From contig OX597814.1 in assembly GCA_951406725.2 (NCBI GenBank), positions 122,884,001-122,948,000 of the forward strand: a stretch of 64,000 nt of DNA, given 5' to 3'. Of the stretch, positions 54,670 to 64,000 are shown in pieces (positions within the stretch are counted from its first letter, which is position 1; each line of letters opens with the position of its first letter). The position numbers were made by a program, and so were the translations under genes. The stretch comes from Octopus vulgaris. Its lineage: Eukaryota. The notes under the pieces are model-generated. The model was not told the DNA's origin, searched no databases, and saw nothing but the letters and a program-made list of their open reading frames with translations.

Positions 54670-55395
54670 ATATTCTTTTCTTCGTTTCAGCCTTGCAGCT
54701 GTGGTCATGCTGGAGCACCACCATGGTCTTCCTATTTTCCTCATGCTGAATGGGTTTCACATCACCACTCCTGTATGCACCTTTGACCCAGTTGTTGGCC
54801 CATTTGGTGTGAGAGGAAGTCTGATTCTGCTGCCCTCTTCTGTACCTCATGTAGAGCCGCTGGTTCATCCGGTATTATGAAAAGGAGGATGTCTAGTTCC
54901 TTTTTGAAGACATCTACGTCCACATTATGTAGATTTCTTAGTTTTTGCCGCAGGATATTGAAGATCAGTGGGCCTTTGAACCCTAAATATTGCAGTACCT
55001 GGTCTTGAATTTAGATGGAGTGAAAGGTGTCTTTGGTACAATACAATGGTATCTAGTCCTAGCGTTTGTATAAAATTCGATGCCGAAATTGGGTACTAGC
55101 CCTTGTAGAGTTAATAATATATAGACTATTACATAACTGTCACGCCTTCTCTTCAGGGACTAAAGTCGCTGTTTTTTCGGCCTATCCCTGTAGCCCATCC
55201 TCTGCACTGTTTCGATCTCTTTAATGTAGTGGAATTGAACTGCTTCAAGCTCCGCTGTTAGTTTGACTCTATGTGGTGACCATAGCTGAGAGCAGTAGTC
55301 CAGGCAACTGAGAACAAAGGTCTTCCACAGGGTCAATAAAACTTCTTGGCTGCTTGTCTTAAAGGACCTGACTATCCACCCTGCCAGTTATCTGC
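54670..55395 (-). mobile_element. CR1-group LINE 3' fragment
   Basis: Minus strand: LDYCSQLWSPH..ELEAVQ..SLKRRRD..GLVPN..GPLIFNIL..LRNL..VDVFKKELD..IPDEP; 3' UTR ends ggtgctccagcatgaccacagc..ctgaaac. Confidence 0.82.
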
Positions 55396-55475
55396 ACTTG
55401 CTCCTATATTGGTATACAAATATGTATGTATGTATATATATCAATACACACACACACAGACACACACACATACAC

Positions 55476-55530
<55 letters not shown>

Positions 55531-55548
55531 CATATACACACATACATA

Positions 55549-56793
55549 CAGGGGTTGGACAAAATAATAATGGAAACACCTAGCATTATAGCATCATAAT
55601 TTTGAAATATCTATAAAACCGTCAAAACCTTGTTTATTTTTATGTTTTTTTTTTATTTATTAGTAGTGTTGTTTAATATGTTTTGCGAAAATTGCTGTTT
55701 CTTTGTAATTAAAATTCAATAAAATGACAGATCTATCGAACTTTCAAAGAGAGCAAATTGTTGGTGCTCATATGGCAGGCACTAGCATAATGAAAACAGC
55801 CAAAATATCTGGTGTATCAAGAAGTACTGTCTTGAAAGTAATGACAGCCTTTGAGAAAGAGGGAAAAACATCCTCGTCGAAACAAAACTCTCGAAGAAAA
55901 CCAAAACTTTCAGATAAGGATCGTCAGACTCGTATACGAATTGTTAGAAAGGATCACAAAAGTACAGCTCCCAGAGTTACTGCCGAGCTTAATGACCACC
56001 TCGAGAACCAAGTTTCCATAAAAACTGTTCGCCGGGAGCTGCACAAATGCGGATTTCACGGGAGCTGCACAAATCCGGATTTCACGGGAGGGCTGCAATC
56101 AGAAAACCACTACTTTCAAAAACAAACGTTGCAAAGCGTTTAGAGTGGAGTAAAAGCTTACAGAATTGGTACCTAGAGCAATGAAAGAATATTATTTTCT
56201 CGGACGAGTCCTCCTTTACCTTATTTCTGACCACCGGCCGAGTATACATGTGGAGACAGCCAAAAGAAGCATTTGACCCAGACTGCTTTCTTCCAACTGT
56301 TAAACATGGAGAAGGATCTGTAATGATCTGGAGGGCTCTATCTTGGAAATCCGCCAGCCCAATGTTTTCTCTTCATGTCAGAATTAAGACTTTTTAAGCA
56401 TTTTATCTGATGAAATACACTCTATGGTTGCGGGACTGTTTCCGGAGGGAAACGCAATCTTTCATCTTGATAATGCACCAATTCAAACAGCTAAAGTTGT
56501 TACTGAATGGCACGAAGAACATTCTAGTGAAGATCAGTGCACAGTTCTCAATATTATTGAACATTTATGGTGCATTTTTGAAAACCAAGTAAGGAATCGA
56601 TATTCTCCACCATCAGTACTAGAAGAACTGGAGACTGTTTTATTTTAAGAATGGGGAAAAATTCCTTTGGAAACAATTAAAACTTTGTATGAGTCCATAC
56701 CTCCAAGTTGTAATTACTGCCGAAGACGGTCCTATCTCATATTAAAATAATTTTGTTTGAAATTTTAATGTTTCCATTATTTTGTCCAACCCC

Positions 56794-56795
<2 letters not shown>
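55549..56795 (+). mobile_element. Tc1-like transposon with both TIRs and TA TSD
   Basis: TA|caggggttggacaaaataat(aat)ggaaaca ... tgtttccattattttgtccaacccctg|TA. Confidence 0.95.
55724..56745 (+). pseudogene. Tc1 transposase, disrupted
   Basis: HTH N-terminus (MTDLSNFQREQIVG..), IIFSDES, TVKHGEGSVMIW, DNAPI, LNIIEHLW; frameshifted by a 26 bp tandem duplication near 56034-56085 plus stops and deletions. Confidence 0.9.
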
Positions 56796-56871
<76 letters not shown>

Positions 56872-56931
56872 TGTATGTATGTATGTATGTATGTATGTAT
56901 GTATGTATGTATGTGTGTATGTATATACATA

Positions 56932-56962
<31 letters not shown>

Positions 56963-57014
56963 GTATATATATGTATGTATATGTGTATGTTTGTATATAT
57001 ATGTATATATATAT

Positions 57015-57080
<66 letters not shown>

Positions 57081-57104
57081 TGTATGTGTGTATGTATATA
57101 CATA

Positions 57105-57135
<31 letters not shown>

Positions 57136-57182
57136 GTATATATATGTATGTATATGTGTATGTTTGTATATATATGTATATA

Positions 57183-57260
<78 letters not shown>

Positions 57261-57262
<2 letters not shown>

Positions 57263-57670
57263 GGTGTGGCTGTGTGGTAACTAAATTGCTTCACAATCTC
57301 ATGGTTCCGGGTTCATCCCCACTGCACGATACCTTGGGTAAGTGTCTTCTACTATAACCCGGGGCTGACTAGAGCTTTGTCAGTGGATTAGGTAGACGGA
57401 AAGTGAAGGAAGCTCCTTGTATATATATTTTTTACTCTTTTACTTGTTTCAGTCTTTTGACTGCGGCCATGCTTGAGCACAATATATATATATATATATC
57501 TGTGGTCGGGAGTGTCATTCTTTTTATGGTTCCTCCCACCAACAATTTACAACCGGTGTTGGTTTGCTTACCGACCTGTAAGTTAGCGATTCGACAAAAA
57601 AGACTGATAGAATAAGTAACAGGTTATTAAAAAATAATTTCTGGAGTTATTATGTTCGACTAAAATCAAG
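57261..57670 (+). mobile_element. SINE group A, diverged, with an inverted tail fragment inside
   Basis: Head 57261-57420, minus-strand tail piece 57432-57480, tail to ~57670. Confidence 0.7.
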
Positions 57671-57919
57671 AAAGAGCGAAAAATAAAGATTAAGGAAGTC
57701 AGATGAAAAATCACCGATTCAAATGCACTCATGAAGTAAGCTATAACACCCAGCAACAAAGTTCATTCCAGACCACACACCATATATAGGGTAAACTATC
57801 TGTCTTTCTATCTAACAATCGAACTAGATACGTGTCTATTCATCTGTCTGTCTGTCTGCTTCTCTATCTGCCTATCTATTTATCGATCAATTCGTCCGTT
57901 TATCTATCTCTCTTTTCTC

Positions 57920-58421
<502 letters not shown>

Positions 58422-58734
58422 CTATGTATCTGTCTATCTGACTGCCTGGCAGACAACTTATCTATCTTTATGTCTCCTTCCATATCCATAAACCACTTAT
58501 ATATCCTTCAACTTTTATATCTCTGAACATTTAAACTATAATATCCCAAGACTTATTACAAGAAATTAGACTAATATCTCTTTGTACTGAACTACCTTTT
58601 ATTGCAATTTCATTTGTTTTGTTCTACCCTCCTTTAACTTTCCTTATTTCTCCTACTGAGGGTATTATTCTGTTATACTATACTCTTACCAAGTTGCCTG
58701 AGATACACCAACACATTATATATATATATATATA

Positions 58735-59240
58735 AAAAACATATCGAATGTATAACATATCGAATGGTAGTTTTTTTTAAAATTTGAAGTAATATCATAA
58801 AATGATGTTTGTTTGAAATAAAAATTAAGAACTTAAAATTACTGCTTTTGATGAGAGTCTTCCTTGTTAGTCTTCTGTAATAATCCATAATATTCAGATG
58901 TAAAATCCGTTATATTATCTTGTATTCCAAATATAGTTCATATACTTAGATAATATAGAATAATGGAATCCTGTATTGCTGAGCATTTATAAATAACCCT
59001 TCTTCTCTTCAGTAATATCAAATGTAAAATTTGTATAATTTTACGTATGGTAGTTTTTTTTTTTAAAGCAGTAATTTTTAATTTTTAATTTATATTTCAA
59101 ACAAACACCATTTTACAGTATTACTTCAACATTTTTTAAAACTATCATTCGAAATGTTATACAAAATTCAAATTATATATATCTGAAGAGCAGAAGAGTT
59201 GTCTATAAATGCTTATCAATATAGGATTTCATTATAGAGA
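58735..59240. repeat. Old inverted/partial-tandem repeat (PLE-like architecture)
   Basis: 58752-58848 pairs with 59065-59161 and 58960-59064 pairs with 59138-59235; contains ttcGAAAtgtt..CTGAAGA. Confidence 0.55.
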
Positions 59241-59469
59241 CAGCACTTCTGTGAAACGATCGCATGATGCTTTAAATACTTAATTCAAAACTTTTAAACT
59301 GTCATATACATTATATATTTATACTTATACATATTTACATATGTTTTAATACATATTTATATTTTTAATACAACAATTATTTTACACACTTATATATCTT
59401 TCTGAAGTAATTTCTAATATTGATTCCTGGTATTAATAATAATATATTATAATATATATATATATACAT

Positions 59470-60622
59470 ACATATGTGGGAAGTTCTGTCTGTGAGTGTG
59501 TTTGTTTGTGACATTGTTAGTTAACTCCTCCTACATCGTTTTATTGATTTTGATGAAACTTGACACGTGATTAGCACTCATGTCTGGAAACCTCGTGACA
59601 TACTTAGATTGTTGGAAAAATCGATAATACGGCCCATTGAAGGGACCTTAATATCTACCTCATATAACTAATTTTTTTAAACACCCGAGGGAAAAAAGTC
59701 AAAACACCTGCACAATATTTTTTTAAACACTCAAGGGAAATAACCCATTTCATTGTTTATGTTCGATTACTTTGAATATTGATTTTTGGTGTGTTCTATT
59801 TCTAATTTTTGCAGACAATATCACTTTTACACTTTATTTGACACATGTCTAGAAACCTCGTAAGATACTTAGATTGTTGAAACATTCGATAAGAGGGCCC
59901 CTCAAATGGATCCTTCTATCTACTACATATTACTAATATTTTATCTAAACAATCCAATGGAAATAACCCATACCACCTGCAGTTTTTAGCGAAATGATCA
60001 ATATTTGATTCTCACGATCAGCCGACCTAATTCTCCATTTCACTACTCACAGCTTTGAACTGCTAAACATTATTCTTGAACTTCCTTAATTTGGATTTTA
60101 AACCTTAAAGACTTCATTCATACATTTCTATACATACATACTTTTTTTGAATGCCCATTACTCCGATAATTCTGCATTTTTACAGTTACACTTTTTCCAT
60201 GACAGTAGATTAAATTTATAATTCCACAACGTATTTCTAGTGGCATCATGCAGGCATACCGTGGATTCGATCCTCAATTGCCAGATTTCACTTAACACTT
60301 CAACAGTGATTTTCTCACGGTAAAGCAATAGTTTTTCTGTGAATGACAGAAGTTATACATTTCCCAGATGCATTCGCGAAGCAGAATAATGTCTTTGCCT
60401 CTCGCCAACCTCCGACAATCTTTTTCGTCAACCTCCGAAAACTACTCTCGCTAACCTCCAACAATCTCTCTCTCTCCTCCAGCTGACAGTTTTTTTGTAC
60501 TTTTCCGTGACGGAAAATGCGCATTTTGTGGTAGTTATAACGAAATTGCTTTCTTATATCATAGTAATAAGGCGTTTCAACAGAACATCTTTACCTCCGG
60601 AATTGCCGGATACACCAACTAG
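59470..60622 (+). mobile_element. Non-autonomous Helitron (5' end indistinct) with internal ~265 bp diverged duplication
   Basis: 3' hairpin tccggaattgccgga followed by CTAG|T at 60619-60623; 59578-59720 resembles 59844-59980. Confidence 0.62.
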
Positions 60623-60631
60623 TATATACGT

Positions 60632-61046
<415 letters not shown>

Positions 61047-62214
61047 TCTGAACTAATTGTAGTTTCTGATTTACAGGTGTTTGAACTGAGTCAAGTGTGA
61101 AATGGAGCCTGTTGAGTGTCGAGCAGTGATCCGGTTTTTGTATTTGAAAGGACGCACACCACGGGAGACTTTTGATGAAATGAAAGTAACTTATGGTGAT
61201 GATGCCCCATCATATGACCTTGTAAAACGCTGGCATCGTGAATTCAAACATGGTCGGAACTCTGTGGAAACAGCTCCCAGATCTGGTCGCCCCCTTCTGC
61301 TATTGATGAGGCAACTGTCCGTCAAGTTGAGGCTGCCATTTTGGAAGATCGACGCATAACTATTCGCCAAATAGCCCATGAGATCAAGATTAGTACCGGG
61401 TCTGTGGAAACTATCATTCATGACCATTTGCATATGCAAAAGGTGTCTGCTAGATGGATTCCCAGGTTGCTCACACCTTTCCAGAAGCAAGAACGCGTCG
61501 AGTGCTCGAGGATGAATTTGGAGATGTGCCAAGAAGATGAGTCAAAATTTTTCAAAAGACTGATTACACAGGATGAAACCTGGGTCCATCACGATGATCC
61601 AGAGACCAAAGCCCAGTCAATGCAGTGGAAGCACCATGACTCACCTCCTCTAAAGAAGGCAAAGGTGCAGCCCTCCGCTGGCAAGGTCATGCTCACAGTC
61701 TTCTGGGACCAGGACGGAGTAGTGATGACAGATTTCCTGGCAAAGGGTACCACAATTACAGGAGCCTATTATGCTTCACTTTTGAGGAAATTAAGAGAAG
61801 CTATCAAAATCAAGAGGCAGGGCAAGATCAGCAAAGACATCGACAACGCTCCGGTCCACAACTCGCGTGTCGCCAGATCGGAAGCACAGGCGTGCGGCTA
61901 TGAACTCCTCCCCCATCCCCCCTACTCTCCTGACCTTGCACCCTCTGATTTTCTCCTCTTTCCAGCCATGAAGTTGTTTTTGAAAGTAAAGCATTTCCCA
62001 GATGATGCAGCCTTGATTTCTGAAGTCACGTCGTGGTTGGAGGACCAAGCTGGGGTCTTCTACAAAAACGGTCTCCAGAGCTGCATCAAATGATGGGAGA
62101 AATGCGTACCTCTTGGTGGTTCCTATGTAGAAAAAGACTAATAACTGTGCCAAGTTTCGTTGCTCTACCTGGTATGGGAAGTGGGTCAGGGGCATTACTT
62201 ATTGAACGCCCCTC

Positions 62215-62215
<1 letters not shown>
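61047..62215 (+). mobile_element. Mariner element lacking the left TIR
   Basis: Right end ttacttattgaacgcccctcg|TA; left side runs into (TA)n with no matching TIR. Confidence 0.9.
61102..62141 (+). pseudogene. Mariner DD34D transposase, disrupted
   Basis: RSGRP, WIPRLL, ITQDETW, DNAPVH-x-HPPYSPDLAPSD (34 residues between D2 and D3); frameshift near 61292, short deletion before D2, premature TGA at 62091. Confidence 0.93.
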
Positions 62216-62267
<52 letters not shown>

Positions 62268-62271
62268 TTGT

Positions 62272-62486
62272 GTGAATGTGTCTTTAAAACAAAACTGGAT
62301 CTCTTCCTGTCAAGGGTTCCAGACGCGCCTACCTCACGACAGGAGACACGGATGAGGCAGCAACAGCAAACTCCCTCATTGACCATATCAGACGAGGTTT
62401 CAAATAATGGTGTAGCACAGTCAACGGTGGTACTCCGGCACGACAGTAGCTTTCAAGCTGAAGCATTTTTAAAGATTTAAAGATTT
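62272..62486 (+). mobile_element. CR1-group LINE extreme 3' fragment
   Basis: VFKTKLDLFLSRVPDAP matches the C-terminus at 54860-54915; similar 3' UTR ending in (aaagattt)2. Confidence 0.65.
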
Positions 62487-62652
62487 ATGTATGTGTGTGT
62501 GTATAATATATATATATTATGTGTATATATATATATATATATATACATGTATATATCGATTATACATATCCATCTGCTCAACTTCGTTTCCCTCTTCCAA
62601 TTTCTCTCTCATTCTCTTCACATCTCTCTCTTCAATGTTCTCTGCCTCTATG

Positions 62653-62725
<73 letters not shown>

Positions 62726-63380
62726 TTCTTTGTTATCTCTCCTTTTTTTACGCTACATTCATTTACCAACTGACTTTCTCTTTCTCTCACTTTCTGCCCC
62801 TCCTTTCTCTCTTCCTCTTTCTCTCTCTCACTCCATCTATCTTTCTCTGTCTCTCGCTCGCTTCTTTCCTGACACCCCTTCCTTTATCCTCTCACTAACT
62901 ATCTCCTCATCCGCAATCATTCTATTTCCCCTTTGTTTCTCTCCTTTTCTTTCACATTTTATCCGCTCCCTAACTCCCTCCCTCCTTTACTGTTTCAGTT
63001 AATCTATGACGCGAATTTCCTTCCAATCATTTATTATGACACACCTCCATATCTCTACCTCCTCTCAAACGACCAATCAAATTACCTACAATTATCCATT
63101 AATATTTCCCTGACACTTTTTATAAACTCCTCCTCCTTGTGCGTTTTTTTTCCCTCTGAATATACAAACGTGTTTATATATTAGAGACGTTAATACAGGA
63201 ATGGGAACAGTAGAGCTGTACTTGGTGAGATAAACATGTGCCTCCTGTATACTACGTCACTTGAAACGTCTATAGTCCTTCCCTACAGGTGTCAATGCTT
63301 AACACCAATTTTTTCTCTCTCCCTAATTATCTAGCTAGCTATCACTATCTCTCTTTCCCCCTCCCTCCCTCTCTCTCTCC

Positions 63381-63428
<48 letters not shown>

Positions 63429-63473
63429 ATATCTGCTCTGTGTTATGGCTGGTGTAATATTAGGAAATCATAA

Positions 63474-63672
63474 AGGCAGCGAGCTGGCAGAATCGTTAAC
63501 ACGCCCGGCAAAATACTTAGCAATGCTTCGTCCGTCTTTACGTTCTTAGTTCAAATTCCTTCGATGTCCACTTTACTTTTCATAAAATAAGTACCAGTTG
63601 GGCACTGGGAACAATGTAACCGGCTTGATCTGTCCCACCAAATTTGCTGGCCTTGTGCCAACATTTGAAACG
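63474..63672 (+). mobile_element. SINE group B monomer, alternative tail
   Basis: ggcagcgagctggcagaatcgttaacacgcc..aagtaccagt..ggccttgtgccaacatttgaaac. Confidence 0.78.
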
Positions 63673-63676
63673 AATA

Positions 63677-64000
63677 CAGTGATCCCTGGTTTATCGCGAT
63701 AGATTGGTTCCGAGACCGGCCGCAATAAGTGAATTTCCGCGAAGTAGGGACACCATGGACTTTTAAAACCCTCCCTGTACTGTTAACAACCCACCCATTA
63801 CAGTAGTCTATTAATAACAAGGACAACTATTAAGTAATAACACTTTTGATTTTAAAAAAATAAAGATTGTTACTATACTCAACACGAAAGAAGTTGAAGT
63901 AAAATTTGAATGATGATGGTAATGAATTTACTGCGCTGTAGAAATGATGATGTTGAAGGTGCAACCGTAGTAAGAACTGGCTCTTTTTTGCGAAGCTGCA
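63677..64000. mobile_element. pogo/Tigger-like DNA transposon end (runs off window)
   Basis: TA|cagtgatccctggtttatcgcg...ccgcaataagtgaatttccgcgaagtagg resembles Tigger-type termini; partner TIR not in window. Confidence 0.55.

Noticed and set aside
61341-62093. 250 aa ORF as a functional or domesticated transposase gene
   Set aside because: Frameshift upstream, deletion next to the second catalytic D, premature stop, and no SET domain.

Overview
AT-rich, microsatellite-dense, non-coding animal DNA. The SINE, LINE and Penelope repertoire is most consistent with an octopus genome (inferred from recalled repeat families, not from a search). I could not support any host protein-coding exon; most listed ORFs are translated (TA)n/(CA)n/(GATA)n/(TAA)n arrays. 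Recognisable content: (1) degraded non-LTR retrotransposons of the R4/Dong-like, Hero-like, Tx1/L1-like and CR1-like types; (2) a Penelope-like element (PLE) with a GIY-YIG remnant and a promoter-like 3' block; (3) Tc1, mariner, Tigger-like and Helitron DNA elements; (4) three tRNA-derived SINE groups in many copies; (5) several minisatellites. The most interesting signal is a set of unrelated short elements, mostly (TA)n-embedded and several folded into long inverted or partial-tandem repeats, each carrying a minimal type I hammerhead ribozyme motif with a palindromic or near-palindromic stem III. One has a compensatory G3:C8 core, and three sit consecutively at 45.5-47.1 kb with a doubtful fourth beside them. 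Also notable: a Tx1-like LINE flanked by (GATA)n that shares its 3' tail with a dimer-forming SINE, a CR1/SINE tail pair, and five exactly spaced ATTGG-N9-KGATGACGTC modules ahead of a TATA box, Kozak ATG and splice donor in the PLE. Coordinates of degraded elements are approximate.
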